From a virus: a stretch of DNA of 64,000 nucleotides. The DNA is taken from the IMG/VR virus record IMGVR_UViG_3300042887_005324, positions 96,001 to 160,000 of that record. One strand, 5' to 3'. Positions 19,129 through 30,320 of the stretch are shown piece by piece (the first letter of the stretch is position 1; each line of letters starts with the position of its first letter). The translations under genes were made by a program, and so were the position numbers. Under the pieces are notes generated by a model that had not been told where the DNA came from, searched no databases, and saw nothing but the letters and a program-made list of their open reading frames with translations.

Positions 19129-19551
19129 TTAGTAGTCACCCGCATAAGCTAAGGCATCAAATTGGTCTTGTGCACCAGCATAAATAGATTGACCTACTAA
19201 CATTGATTGACCAGAAAGTAAGATTATTGGTTGATCGAAAGTAAATATTGAAGTTGCTCCAACAGCTGTTGTGCTTCTTGTAGCGGCAGAAGTAACAACT
19301 TCACCCACTAATCTGTTATTACTTCCAGTTGTACTATTAATAAAAATTCTATGAACCATGTTAGAAGAAGCAGTTGCTGATGATGCTTGTGAGTTTCTAA
19401 ATCTGACTCCATCAATTCTAGTACCATCGACACCTGATGTAACTACTGTAAAAAGTGTACCACTACCGTCAGATGCTGTATTAGCAGTTGTTAATCTAGC
19501 TGGTGTAAAGTTACCTTGTTTGATGAAAATTGGTGATGTATTAGCTGGCAT
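19129..19551 (-). CDS. small virion/fibre-associated protein
   Basis: MPANTSPIF...GDY beta-sandwich-like; in the structural operon. Confidence 0.55.
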   Translation of the reverse strand: MPANTSPIFIKQGNFTPARLTTANTASDGSGTLFTVVTSGVDGTRIDGVRFRNSQASSATASSNMVHRIFINSTTGSNNRLVGEVVTSAATRSTTAVGATSIFTFDQPIILLSGQSMLVGQSIYAGAQDQFDALAYAGDY

Positions 19552-19556
19552 AATTT

Positions 19557-19808
19557 TTATCTATTTCCATTTATGTAATCAATTAATTCTTGATCACTAC
19601 TTTCTCTTATTGTTATTGTCATTATTTCATTTTCAACGAATCTTAATATTCTGATTTGTTGAATACCTATTGGTTTAGCAGAACCAGTTGTTTCAATCGA
19701 TTCATATCTACCTTCTGGTAAAAAAGTACAACTAAGTGAATATGTCACTTCTTCAGGATAGGGTCTTGACTCAATCACAAACCCATCAGGTGCGGTATAT
19801 TTCATCAT
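19557..19808 (-). CDS. hypothetical protein
   Basis: 83 aa; AATATATA 4 nt upstream. Confidence 0.6.
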   Translation of the reverse strand: MMKYTAPDGFVIESRPYPEEVTYSLSCTFLPEGRYESIETTGSAKPIGIQQIRILRFVENEIMTITIRESSDQELIDYINGNR

Positions 19809-19834
19809 AACTTATATATTGTATTTTTTATTTT

Positions 19835-21220
19835 TCATATAAAATTATAGTAATTAAATAAATTTGTTGCTGGTGAAACCCCTGCTGGGCCGATATTTCC
19901 TTGAGGACCAGTAGGACCTTGAGGACCAGAACCTTGAGGACCAGTAGGCCCTTGAGATCCAGTTGAACCTAAACCAGATGTTCCTTGTGGTCCAGTTGGA
20001 CCTTGTGAGCCATTGGCACCAGATGAACCTTGAGGTCCAGTAGGACCCTGTGTGCCTAAACCTTGTGGTCCGGTTGGTCCTTGAATACCGGTATCTCCTT
20101 GACTACCCTGAGATCCTGTTGGTCCTTGGAATCCTTGGAGTCCTTGAGGACCAATGACACCAGAAGAAACGATTGATAAGATAATTGGGTGATTTAGTGG
20201 TACAGAATAGGTTCCGCTTACTAAATTAACTGGAAAAGTTAAATAACTATTATAGATTACAGAGGGTGTACTAGAAATTATCCATTGTTGAAAGTTTGCA
20301 GAATCGTTTGAATCTTGGATTGTTAAGTAATCATTTATTTTAAGTAAGGCCAAGAAAATATCAACATCAATATTGTCGACAGTAAGATGTGAAACATAAA
20401 TTGTGTTTGAAGCAGTCTGTGTTGAATTACTCCAAGAAATAGAACCAGTTGCAGGTGGCACAGAGGTAGCACCACCTACATAATTATAAAATGAAGTTGA
20501 TTGTCCATTTGCTCCTTGAAATCCTTGAGGTCCAGTTGGTCCTTGAAAACCTTGGTATCCCTGATCACCCTGAAAACCTTGAGGACCTTGATCACCTTGA
20601 AATCCAATATCTCCTTGTGGTCCTTGATCACCCTGAAAACCTTGAGGACCTTGATCGCCTTGAAATCCAACATCTCCTTGTGGTCCTTGATCGCCTTGAA
20701 ATCCAACATCTCCTTGTGGTCCTACTGGACCTTGATCTCCCTGAGGACCTTGATCACCTTGTAAACCTTGAGGACCAACATCACCTTGTACACCTTGAGG
20801 TCCTTGATCACCTTGTGGTCCTGGATCACCTTGTGGACCTTGAAACCCTTGATCACCCTGAAATCCCTGAGGGCCTTGATCGCCTTGTGGTCCAGTTGGT
20901 CCTTGACTTCCCGAACCTGTTCCACCACCTGCTGGTCCCTGTGGACCCTGAAATCCTTGTGGTCCGGTCGATCCCACACCAGTCGGACCTTGAAATCCCT
21001 GAGGACCGGTTGTTCCCTGAGGACCAGTTGCTCCTTGACTACCAGAGCCAGTCCCACCTCCACCACCTGAACCCTGAGGTCCAGTCGGACCCTGAAAACC
21101 CTGTGGTCCCGAAGCAGTAGAAACAGTCAAAACCCAACCATATCCATTAAAAATAAATAGATTTCCATTGAATGAATATGTTTGACCAGATGAAGGTGGA
21201 TTCGGGAAATTAATTGCCAT
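19835..21220 (-). CDS. collagen-like fibre protein
   Basis: two Gly-X-Y tracts (GPQ/GFQ/GDQ/GPT) flanking a globular domain; N-terminal MAINFP...GQTY...W module. Confidence 0.85.
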   Translation of the reverse strand: MAINFPNPPSSGQTYSFNGNLFIFNGYGWVLTVSTASGPQGFQGPTGPQGSGGGGGTGSGSQGATGPQGTTGPQGFQGPTGVGSTGPQGFQGPQGPAGGGTGSGSQGPTGPQGDQGPQGFQGDQGFQGPQGDPGPQGDQGPQGVQGDVGPQGLQGDQGPQGDQGPVGPQGDVGFQGDQGPQGDVGFQGDQGPQGFQGDQGPQGDIGFQGDQGPQGFQGDQGYQGFQGPTGPQGFQGANGQSTSFYNYVGGATSVPPATGSISWSNSTQTASNTIYVSHLTVDNIDVDIFLALLKINDYLTIQDSNDSANFQQWIISSTPSVIYNSYLTFPVNLVSGTYSVPLNHPIILSIVSSGVIGPQGLQGFQGPTGSQGSQGDTGIQGPTGPQGLGTQGPTGPQGSSGANGSQGPTGPQGTSGLGSTGSQGPTGPQGSGPQGPTGPQGNIGPAGVSPATNLFNYYNFI

Positions 21221-21252
21221 ATCTTATTTATTAATTAAGTGGTTTTTCATTT

Positions 21253-24200
21253 TTAAGGTATAAATTGACTATCCCCGGTGATTGTAAATATTGTATATAA
21301 ACCATCAGTTGATGTAGTATAGGTTCCAATGACAGTACTATTTTGAGAAGTCAAAACACGTAATATAACTACACCATTACTACCATTGCCACCTTGACCG
21401 GTATTAGTAGCACCACCACCACCACCCATACCATAACCACCAGCACCATTTGTACCAGCACCTCCAGTTGTATTACCACCCTTACCACCAGTATTTCCAG
21501 TACCACCGGATGATTGAACGGATCCGTTACCCCCACCACCACCACCACCAGCAGAGTAATAAGAAGATGTTCCGGTAATTGAACTTGTTTTACCAGCACC
21601 ACCATCACCACCGGCTTGTGAAGTTTGTCCCTCTGTACCAACTGCACCAGCACCACCTCCACCACCACAACCGAAAGTACTCAATCCTCTTGACTGACCA
21701 CCACTGTTGTATGAATTAATAGTTTGAAATTCTATAGTTACATTATTGACACCAGATCCACCAGCAACTGTTCCACCAGAACCTGGAAAACCTGCTCCTC
21801 CACCAGAACCATTACCGTTTGAATTCCCAACAACTGCTGTAGATCCACTTGAGTTGAATCCACCACCACCACCTCCAGAACCCGTGATAGTGAAATTACT
21901 AGAAGTATATTTTACACCTTGTATATATGATGTACCACCATTACCGCCAGCTCCTGTAGTAGTTGCTCCAGCTCCACCAGTTCCAACAATAACATCATAA
22001 ACAAATCCTTTAGCAAATCCAGAAGTTCCTTCTACGAAGGCTCCACCACCTCCGCCACCACCCCAGTTGCATCCACCTCCGCCACCGCCACCAATGACTA
22101 GATATTGAACTGAAACGTATGAGTAAATTGGTGGCTTTACAAAATTACCTTGTAAATATGGACCAAATTGTTGACCTGTTTCAGTTGTAACATTACCTCC
22201 AGAACCTTGTAGACCATACATTTCAATATAATCAGTGATACCATCCATAAAAATCATTGCACTAATCATTGTTCCAACACCATTAGTATTACAAGGAACC
22301 CTAACACCTCTTTTAAATTCATATCCATTTTTATAAAGTGACATAATTTGTGAGCCAGCATTTGAGGCGTATGTGACAACACTGATATGACCATGAAACA
22401 GATAATAGCCTGCTAAAGTTGGCGTAAATCGATAGGTTGAAGTGCTGAATGCGTTATCAGAATCAAATTCTTCAGTATCTAAAGTTATTTTAGTTACTAC
22501 ATTGTTATTTAGTGTTGTCGCAACACTTCCATAAGCTGAAAATGCAGGACCATCAAGTGCTTTGAAAGTGGCAATTTGATAAGTAGCGGCATTAAATGTA
22601 GTAGCGGATGCTAGATTGATTACTGAAATAGTACCAGCTGTGAGTGTATTGGTTATTGTTGCATTATTCGTTACTGATAATGAACCAGTTGCAGATATAT
22701 TACCTAGAATAGATTGTGTACCTGAAGATAAAGTTCCTCTTAGATTTGAGTTTCCAGTAATAGTCAATGAACCAGTTGCACTAATATTTCCTAATACAGA
22801 TTGTGTACCGGAAAATACATTACCAGTCAATATTGAGTTTCCAGACACATTCAAATTACTACTAATTGTAGTTGGTTGGAATAACAAAATTGAGTTTGTT
22901 CCAAATGTCGACATTGTGGTAGAACCAATACCACCAGTATATAATGATATATTAGTGTTTGAACCAACTGATATTCTTCCATTACCAGTGATGAAGTCTG
23001 TAACGATTCCATTTGTAAAACTACTAGAATATGTAGAAGTTGACAGTAATCCACCTATGACACTATAGTTGCCATAACCATCCAAAGTAGAAACTAAAGT
23101 TGTACCAGCATACCATTTGTGTGAAGATCCTTGAGTATCAACACCATACCATAATGTAGAAGGAGCCACACCAAACGCGTAACCAGCACTAGCAGTACCA
23201 ATTGTTTCATATAAGACTATTTTACTACCAATACTTCTTGTCGTGAAGGTAGGTGGTGCAGAACCACCAAAATTAGTCATATTAATCCAGCCACCGTTTG
23301 CATTGTTACCAGTCAATGTAACTAAAGCTCCACCACTACTAGATGTTATAGTTATTGGTGAATTTATATTGACCATATTTGTTGTAAATGTGATACTACT
23401 TGTACTTGAAATAGCTGATGTTCCAGAATAAAAAGCAATTTGATTAGTAGTTCCATTATTTACAGTGTTTATAGATGACCAAGTTGTACCATTATAAAAA
23501 CTATAAAGTGATAGATTTGTATCAAATACTAACAAACCAGCAGTAGCTGATACAATTGCATTTTTTTCAGAAGATAACATTCTTGGTGGTAAGAAACCTT
23601 TAGTTGTTGAATTTAATGTCAAAATAGAACTTGTAACTCCTAAGAATGTTCCCCCATTTTGCAACATCAAACTACCATCCACAAACATTAACATATTCGT
23701 TGTGGTGCTGTTTCTCCATTCAAAAAGTGGTCTTGTTGTGACTAAACTACTACCATTTAATCTAGATTCAAATCTAGTTATTGATGTTGTCCCAATATCA
23801 GTGCCCGTCAATAAATCCGAAAGAATCCAAGTTGATGGATAACCATTTGTATTAGATCTAGACCATATCGTTGGTGCAAAAATATTTGCTGTTTGAACTC
23901 CATTTGTAAAACGTACATATCCGTCTGTCGATGATACACCATTTCCATACATTACAATAAAACTATTACCGGTTGAAGTCACTTCCAATGAATATGTTGA
24001 ACCAGTACCGGTGATTCTTTGTCTACCAACTACATCTAAGTTAAAAGAAGGTGCAGTCATACCTATACCAACACTTCCAACAGAATCCACAACAAAAGGA
24101 CTTGAATCTGGATTACTAGAGTCTTCAACAATAAGTGCATTTCCTGAACCTGTTTGTGTTATTCTTACCAAATCTGTTGAGGTCTCACCTGAAACTCTCA

Positions 24201-27200
24201 AACCAATTGTTGAACCGGTTGACGCATCTATATCTAATTTTGATCCAGGTGTTATTGTACCGATACCTAAGTTACCATTATTAAAATATGAGTCACCGAC
24301 TGTTGCAAAGTTTATGAGAGCTCTTCCAGCAACTGAATTTTGAATTGATCTATTAGATGTACCATTTATAAAGATGTTTCCATAAAGAAGTGTATTGCCA
24401 CTTACATTAAGAACCGAGGTAGACGAAGTTGTTATTCCAATATAAACCTTTCCATCTGCAGCTACAAGAAATGGACTCGAATCTGGATTTGTGGAATCCT
24501 CTACAAGAATCGCATTTCCATCACCTAACTGTGTTATTCTGACCATGTCAGTTGAACTACTACCCGATACTATTAATCCAGAACTAGTAGAATTATTTTG
24601 AATCTCAAGTGATGCAGTTGGCGATGCAGTTCCTATTCCGACTTTTCCATCACCACTTATTGTTAGTCTTATACCTTTACTACCTCCATTATTAGTAACA
24701 AAATGATGACTCTTATTTTGATAGTTATTTACATAAATAGCATCATTTCTATTCGCGAATAAATTGTTCCAAGAAGGCCCAGTAGCTCTATCTAATGAGA
24801 TATAAAAAGAATTGTTTATGTTATAAGCATCATTTCTGTCACTTAATACAATAAATGGAACTTTGGTTGTTGTGTCTGCTCTAGTCACTAAATTAGCATT
24901 GGCTAAAGTCCCACCATCAAAAAACATCACAGAATCAACACCACTTGTTGATAGTGCATGTAATTGGTATGATGGTGCAGTTATACCTAATCCGAGTCTA
25001 TTGTTAGTTTGATCCCAGTAGAATTGTGAGCTTTGTTGTAATACATTACCAGATCCCTGGAATAATACATATCCGACAGTACCACTCAAAATAGAAGTAG
25101 AACCAACTGTCAGACTATTTGGACCAGTAGGTCCTTGGTTTCCTTGAAATCCCTGATTTCCTTGTGGACCAGTTGGTCCTTGATTACCTTGATTACCCTG
25201 AAATCCTTGAGGTCCAGTTGGTCCCTGATTTCCTTGTGGTCCAGTTGGTCCTTGAAAGCCTTGGTTACCTTGAAATCCTTGAGGACCGGTCGGACCTTGA
25301 TTACCTTGATTTCCCTGAAATCCCTGAGGTCCAGTTGGTCCTTGATTGCCTTGGTTTCCTTGAAAGCCTTGAGGTCCAGTTGGTCCTTGAAATCCCTGAT
25401 TACCTTGAAAGCCTTGAGGTCCGGTCGGACCTTGATTGCCTTGGTTACCTTGAAAACCTTGAGGTCCGGTTGGTCCTTGACTTCCTTGGTTACCCTGGAA
25501 TCCTTGTGGTCCAGTTGGTCCTTGGAATCCCTGATTACCTTGAAATCCTTGTGGTCCGGTTGGTCCTTGTGAGCCAGTAGCGCCATTTGAACCTGTTCTA
25601 CCTTGAAATCCCTGATTACCCTGGAATCCTTGTGGTCCGGTTGGTCCTTGAAATCCCTGATTGCCCTGGAATCCTTGAGGACCGGTAACACCACTGCCTT
25701 GAAAACCCTGAGGTCCAGTTGGTCCTTGATTTCCTTGAACTCCTTGTGATCCGGTTGTTCCTTGAGCTCCTTGTCCATTAGTAATAAGTACTGCACTAAA
25801 CCAAGTACCCGAACCTAATGTACTACCTTTCAAAAGAGTCTGAGGTACCCCAGTATAAGCAGTAAAATCTACATAATCTGTAGTTCCGTTTAGGTATATA
25901 AGTTTAGTACCACCTGATGAAAATCCAGAAAATGTAGCTGAAGTTATTTGAGCTTGACTTATTAAGAAAGTACCACCGTTTTTACGAGCTTGTAAATTAT
26001 GCTGATTATTAACACTATATGTACCTGACCACCAGCCATTTAAAGTAATTTCATAATATCCAGCTATTGTTGGTAAGAATTGTTTAGTTGATGCATTCCA
26101 CCAATTTTGAGGATCAAAATCACTCACAAAAGCAATTAAAACATCACTAGCTGTAAATGGTTGGTTAGCACTTAATATGCCTTGAGAAACATAATTAGAT
26201 ACAGACAAGTCAGCAGATGGACCAGTAACTCCCTGAAATCCTTGTGGACCAGTAGTGCCCTGTGGGCCTACTGAACCCTGATTACCTTGAAATCCAGTTG
26301 GTCCTTGAGGTCCTTGAGCACCAGATCCTTGTGGACCAGTTGTACCTTGTGGTCCAGTTGGTCCTTGGTTACCTTGATTACCTTGAAAACCAGTCGCTCC
26401 ATATCCTTGTGGACCAACAGAACCTTGAAATCCTTGTGGACCAGTTGGTCCTTGATTACCTTGATTACCTTGAAATCCTTGTGGACCAGTTGGTCCTTGA
26501 AATCCTTGATTGCCTTGAAACCCCTGAGGACCAGTTGGTCCTTGTGATCCAGTAGCACCATTAGAACCCGTTCTACCTTGAAATCCTTGATTACCTTGAA
26601 ATCCTTGTGGACCAGTCAATCCCTGAAATCCTTGATTACCCTGGAATCCTTGTGGACCAGTTGGTCCTTGATTACCCTGGAATCCTTGTGGACCAGTTGG
26701 CCCTTGAAGTCCTTGAAAACCAGTCGCTCCATATCCTTGAGGTCCAGTAGATCCTTGAAAACCTTGAAATCCAGTTGGTCCTTGAAACCCTTGAAATCCC
26801 TGAGTACCTTGGAATCCTTGAAATCCCTGAGGTCCAGTTGGTCCTTGATTACCTTGAAATCCTTGAAACCCAGTTGGTCCTTCAACTCCTTGATCACCCT
26901 GGAGTCCCTGAGGACCACTTGGTCCCTGATCACCTTGATCACCTTGAAAACCAGTTGGTCCTTGAAACCCTTGATCACCTTGAAATCCCTGAGGTCCTTG
27001 ATCACCTTGATTACCTTGAAAACCTTGAGGTCCAGTTGGTCCTTGTCGACCTTGAAAACCTTGAGGTCCAGTTGGTCCTTGTCGACCTTGGAAACCCTGA
27101 ACTCCTTGAGGACCAGTTGGTCCTTGTCTTCCCTGAAAACCTTGGAAACCTTGTGGTCCAGTTGGTCCTTGATCACCTTGAACACCTTGAAATCCCTGAG

Positions 27201-27987
27201 GACCAGTCGGTCCTTGAAATCCCTGGTCACCCTGAGGACCAAGTATACCAGTTAAGTTGACAGTCCATTCTGAATATGTAATACCAAATGTCGCGCCAAG
27301 TTCATTACACTCAACAATCATTTGTCCAGTACTTGCTGAGTAAGCAAGAATGTCTCCATTAAACTTATCAAGTTTATTACTAATTGGTGTTACTATTACC
27401 TGTTGTGTTTCAGTGTAAGCTAATAATGTATCAATTGTAAATGAAACAGTAAAACCTAAATCTGGAACAGCGAAAGTATCATAGGTAAAGGTAGAATACT
27501 TATCACCTTTTGTTCCTTGAAACCCTTGAGGACCAGTAGCACCTTGATTACCTTGAAAACCTTGATTACCTTGAAAACCCTGAAATCCGGTTGGTCCTTG
27601 AAAGCCCTGGTTACCTTGAAAACCTTGAGGTCCTTGAAATCCCTGTGCTCCCTGAAATCCTTGCGCACCTTGAAATCCTTGCGCACCCTGAAACCCTTGA
27701 TAACCCTGTGGACCTTGGGATATAAAAGGAGTAACCCATTGAAAGCTATCACCATCACTGAAATAAACAAACTCAGTACCAGTACTTAAATCATACCATC
27801 TGTCACCGGTTATAGCATCAGTTGGTGCTGGTGGTTCTTGAACAAAGTATCGGTTACTTACTGCAGCACCACCTACATCTAAAACATTACCACTTCCATC
27901 ATAAAAAACGCCGTTGATATATTGAACTATTCTCGGAAATAATTCCGGTACTATTTGTTCTATCTTATTCGGATTCTGCCTAGCCAC
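21253..27987 (-). CDS. giant collagen-like tail fibre with two C1q-like domains and a C-terminal glycine-rich domain
   Basis: 2244 aa, GTG start; three Gly-X-Y tracts; F(L/T)PT(I/L)AGYY...DY(V/I) modules; GxVGIGT repeats. Confidence 0.85.
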   Translation of the reverse strand: MARQNPNKIEQIVPELFPRIVQYINGVFYDGSGNVLDVGGAAVSNRYFVQEPPAPTDAITGDRWYDLSTGTEFVYFSDGDSFQWVTPFISQGPQGYQGFQGAQGFQGAQGFQGAQGFQGPQGFQGNQGFQGPTGFQGFQGNQGFQGNQGATGPQGFQGTKGDKYSTFTYDTFAVPDLGFTVSFTIDTLLAYTETQQVIVTPISNKLDKFNGDILAYSASTGQMIVECNELGATFGITYSEWTVNLTGILGPQGDQGFQGPTGPQGFQGVQGDQGPTGPQGFQGFQGRQGPTGPQGVQGFQGRQGPTGPQGFQGRQGPTGPQGFQGNQGDQGPQGFQGDQGFQGPTGFQGDQGDQGPSGPQGLQGDQGVEGPTGFQGFQGNQGPTGPQGFQGFQGTQGFQGFQGPTGFQGFQGSTGPQGYGATGFQGLQGPTGPQGFQGNQGPTGPQGFQGNQGFQGLTGPQGFQGNQGFQGRTGSNGATGSQGPTGPQGFQGNQGFQGPTGPQGFQGNQGNQGPTGPQGFQGSVGPQGYGATGFQGNQGNQGPTGPQGTTGPQGSGAQGPQGPTGFQGNQGSVGPQGTTGPQGFQGVTGPSADLSVSNYVSQGILSANQPFTASDVLIAFVSDFDPQNWWNASTKQFLPTIAGYYEITLNGWWSGTYSVNNQHNLQARKNGGTFLISQAQITSATFSGFSSGGTKLIYLNGTTDYVDFTAYTGVPQTLLKGSTLGSGTWFSAVLITNGQGAQGTTGSQGVQGNQGPTGPQGFQGSGVTGPQGFQGNQGFQGPTGPQGFQGNQGFQGRTGSNGATGSQGPTGPQGFQGNQGFQGPTGPQGFQGNQGSQGPTGPQGFQGNQGNQGPTGPQGFQGNQGFQGPTGPQGFQGNQGNQGPTGPQGFQGNQGNQGPTGPQGFQGNQGFQGPTGPQGNQGPTGPQGFQGNQGNQGPTGPQGNQGFQGNQGPTGPNSLTVGSTSILSGTVGYVLFQGSGNVLQQSSQFYWDQTNNRLGLGITAPSYQLHALSTSGVDSVMFFDGGTLANANLVTRADTTTKVPFIVLSDRNDAYNINNSFYISLDRATGPSWNNLFANRNDAIYVNNYQNKSHHFVTNNGGSKGIRLTISGDGKVGIGTASPTASLEIQNNSTSSGLIVSGSSSTDMVRITQLGDGNAILVEDSTNPDSSPFLVAADGKVYIGITTSSTSVLNVSGNTLLYGNIFINGTSNRSIQNSVAGRALINFATVGDSYFNNGNLGIGTITPGSKLDIDASTGSTIGLRVSGETSTDLVRITQTGSGNALIVEDSSNPDSSPFVVDSVGSVGIGMTAPSFNLDVVGRQRITGTGSTYSLEVTSTGNSFIVMYGNGVSSTDGYVRFTNGVQTANIFAPTIWSRSNTNGYPSTWILSDLLTGTDIGTTSITRFESRLNGSSLVTTRPLFEWRNSTTTNMLMFVDGSLMLQNGGTFLGVTSSILTLNSTTKGFLPPRMLSSEKNAIVSATAGLLVFDTNLSLYSFYNGTTWSSINTVNNGTTNQIAFYSGTSAISSTSSITFTTNMVNINSPITITSSSGGALVTLTGNNANGGWINMTNFGGSAPPTFTTRSIGSKIVLYETIGTASAGYAFGVAPSTLWYGVDTQGSSHKWYAGTTLVSTLDGYGNYSVIGGLLSTSTYSSSFTNGIVTDFITGNGRISVGSNTNISLYTGGIGSTTMSTFGTNSILLFQPTTISSNLNVSGNSILTGNVFSGTQSVLGNISATGSLTITGNSNLRGTLSSGTQSILGNISATGSLSVTNNATITNTLTAGTISVINLASATTFNAATYQIATFKALDGPAFSAYGSVATTLNNNVVTKITLDTEEFDSDNAFSTSTYRFTPTLAGYYLFHGHISVVTYASNAGSQIMSLYKNGYEFKRGVRVPCNTNGVGTMISAMIFMDGITDYIEMYGLQGSGGNVTTETGQQFGPYLQGNFVKPPIYSYVSVQYLVIGGGGGGGCNWGGGGGGGAFVEGTSGFAKGFVYDVIVGTGGAGATTTGAGGNGGTSYIQGVKYTSSNFTITGSGGGGGGFNSSGSTAVVGNSNGNGSGGGAGFPGSGGTVAGGSGVNNVTIEFQTINSYNSGGQSRGLSTFGCGGGGGAGAVGTEGQTSQAGGDGGAGKTSSITGTSSYYSAGGGGGGGNGSVQSSGGTGNTGGKGGNTTGGAGTNGAGGYGMGGGGGATNTGQGGNGSNGVVILRVLTSQNSTVIGTYTTSTDGLYTIFTITGDSQFIP
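25123..27720 (-). repeat. 9-nt-period collagen coding repeats (interrupted)
   Basis: recurrent ccttgaaa/ccagttggtccttg units on the + strand. Confidence 0.9.
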
Positions 27988-28010
27988 TAAAATTCATTAA
28001 GATTTAACTT

Positions 28011-28020
28011 TATATATTAA
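28011..28020 (-). promoter_or_regulatory. putative late promoter for the fibre operon
   Basis: TTAATATATA 23 nt upstream of the GTG. Confidence 0.5.
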
Positions 28021-28071
28021 AAATATAAGTGACCACTATAAACCAAATGAACATATTTAAATATAAAATTT

Positions 28072-28566
28072 ATGAAAAAGAAGAAGCTTAAAAAAATAGC
28101 TAAATTTATTTTTGATAGTGTTGAAAAAAAACAACTTAGATCTTCAGAAATAAAAGAAACATATGAATCTTCACTTGCTCTTTCATATGACGAAGAAACA
28201 TCGAATAAAATTTCAGATTTTATTCTCAATCTAATTACACTAGACTCTAAAATAAATCTTGAGATTAACGAAAACTATATAAACATCTATTGTAACTTAT
28301 CTCAATTCTCAAACCATTCAAAAGGAAATACTTTGACAAAAGATGAATCACTAGAATTAAACATAACAGACTCATCTCTAAGAATTAGAAAAGATTATGG
28401 TACTTATATTGTTTATAAAGATTCAGTTACTTTCAACAAATTAAAACCTATTCTTTTAGAGAAGCATCAAAAGAATTCAAACGAAGAGTTACAGAAAATC
28501 ATAAATGATGTAATGATTGTAACAAAATTATCAAGAGATAGTAATTTAAATATTCTACTCGATTAA
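28072..28566 (+). CDS. hypothetical protein with C-terminal RD motif
   Basis: ends SRDSNLNILLD. Confidence 0.65.
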   Translation: MKKKKLKKIAKFIFDSVEKKQLRSSEIKETYESSLALSYDEETSNKISDFILNLITLDSKINLEINENYINIYCNLSQFSNHSKGNTLTKDESLELNITDSSLRIRKDYGTYIVYKDSVTFNKLKPILLEKHQKNSNEELQKIINDVMIVTKLSRDSNLNILLD

Positions 28567-28583
28567 AAATTAAAAATACTTAA

Positions 28584-30320
28584 ATGATTATAAGTGAAAT
28601 AGGAATTAAAGGATTCAAGAGTTTTGGAAACAATGAGCAAACTCTTAAACTAAATAATGAAAAAGGTGAACTAATTTTATTAACTGGTTCTAATGGTAAT
28701 GGTAAGTCATCATTCATTGAATCATTTGAATATGTTTTATATGGTAAAGTAAAGTCTATGAAAAAAAAGAAATGGGCTACCCTATCAACTTTACCTAACA
28801 GAATAAATAATGAGTTACAAAATAGAATCAAATTCGTTTCTAATGGTACTGAAATTGAAGTAATAAGAGGAATCAATCCAGGTACACTTAAACTAATAGA
28901 AAATGGTTTAGAAAACGACAGAGCAGGTAAAGCAAACTTAGATGAGAAAATTGAAAATTATATCGGAATGGATATTGAAACATTTAAGTCTTTTATTTCT
29001 ATGTCAATTAATGACTTCAAAAACTTTATAAGTCTATCAACTGACGAAAAACAGTTGCTATTAGATAAGTTATTTAACTTAGAAGTCATAAATATTTTGA
29101 ATCAAATTCTTAAAGACTTGAATAAAGTTAATAAAATTCAATTAGCAAAGTATGATTCTGAGATTTCTACACTAAATGATTCAATCTCATCTATACAAAG
29201 GTCTATTCAAAAAGCTATTGAAAAAGAAAAGTTGAATATTCAATCAGAAATTGATGAGATAAAAAAACAAATTGATGACAGAAAATCTGAATATCAATTA
29301 CTTAAAGAAAAAGTAGAAAAAATAAAAGTTAAAGAAAATGAACTTAAAACAGAACTTGATTCAGAAAAAGAACAATATATTAATCTCAACTCTGAGATTA
29401 AGTCTGCTCAAAAAGACATTGATTTATATGATTCAGGAAAGTGTCCTACTTGCGGAACCGATTTTGATAATGATCATTTCCACAATCTTAAAGATGTATT
29501 ATTAGAAAAAAAGAATTCATTAGAATCTCTTAGAAATGAAATAGAAGCAAACATCAGAGGCATTAAAGAAAAGCAAGTTAAACTTCAAGGTATTTCTGAT
29601 ACAACTACTAAGTCATTTAATGATATTACTTATTTGCTTAGAAACTATAAAACACAAATAGAAAAACTACAGTCTCAGAAAGATAGAGAATCTGGTCAAT
29701 CTAATGTCAATGTTGTCGAATTTGAAAATACAATAAAAGAATTAGAATCTAAAAAAGAAACTAGTGTTGAATATCAGACTATTTCTAAGGAAAAAGAACT
29801 CTACTATAAAGAACTCTCGAAAGTATTTGGTGAAGATGGTGTCAAAAAAACTATTATCTCAAGTATTATAAAGCCGATTAATCATTTTATCAACGATAAT
29901 GTTAAAAAGATGAGTCTTCCTTTTCAAGTTCAATTGGATGAAACATTTACGGCTCAAATCAAACAATTTGGCGGAGTAATTGAACATGATTCTTTATCGA
30001 CCGGTGAAACCAAAAAGATAAATATTAGTATTCTGATTGCTTATCTAAAGTTAATTAGAACTAAAAAACATATCAATATTCTTTTCTTAGATGAGATATT
30101 TTCAAGTATTGACATCGAGGGTTGCGAAGACATTCTAAACTTGTTAAAATCATTTGCAAATGATTACAATATTAATATCTTTGTAGTTCATCACGCTATA
30201 TTGAATCAAGAAGTTTTTGATAGAATCATACATATTAACAAAGATGTTTTTACAACAATAAATGAAATGAATATAGAAGGTGTAGAAGAAAATAAAATTG
30301 AGGAAAATGATTTTGTTTAA
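28584..30320 (+). CDS. SbcC/Rad50-like ATPase (T4 gp46-like)
   Basis: GSNGNGKS, coiled coil with CPTC zinc hook, LSTGE, LFLDE, H-loop. Confidence 0.92.
   Translation: MIISEIGIKGFKSFGNNEQTLKLNNEKGELILLTGSNGNGKSSFIESFEYVLYGKVKSMKKKKWATLSTLPNRINNELQNRIKFVSNGTEIEVIRGINPGTLKLIENGLENDRAGKANLDEKIENYIGMDIETFKSFISMSINDFKNFISLSTDEKQLLLDKLFNLEVINILNQILKDLNKVNKIQLAKYDSEISTLNDSISSIQRSIQKAIEKEKLNIQSEIDEIKKQIDDRKSEYQLLKEKVEKIKVKENELKTELDSEKEQYINLNSEIKSAQKDIDLYDSGKCPTCGTDFDNDHFHNLKDVLLEKKNSLESLRNEIEANIRGIKEKQVKLQGISDTTTKSFNDITYLLRNYKTQIEKLQSQKDRESGQSNVNVVEFENTIKELESKKETSVEYQTISKEKELYYKELSKVFGEDGVKKTIISSIIKPINHFINDNVKKMSLPFQVQLDETFTAQIKQFGGVIEHDSLSTGETKKINISILIAYLKLIRTKKHINILFLDEIFSSIDIEGCEDILNLLKSFANDYNINIFVVHHAILNQEVFDRIIHINKDVFTTINEMNIEGVEENKIEENDFV

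Noticed and set aside
25123-27720. Repeat tracts as a CRISPR array
   Set aside because: Repeats are degenerate at third codon positions, lie inside one reading frame and have no unique spacers; no cas genes are present.
20476-27789. Many overlapping ORFs on both strands within the collagen genes
   Set aside because: Shadow frames produced by the 9-nt periodic Gly-X-Y coding; low-complexity translations with no independent starts.
16628-27987. Diversity-generating retroelement acting on the fibres
   Set aside because: No reverse transcriptase and no adenine-specific TR/VR pair seen in the window.
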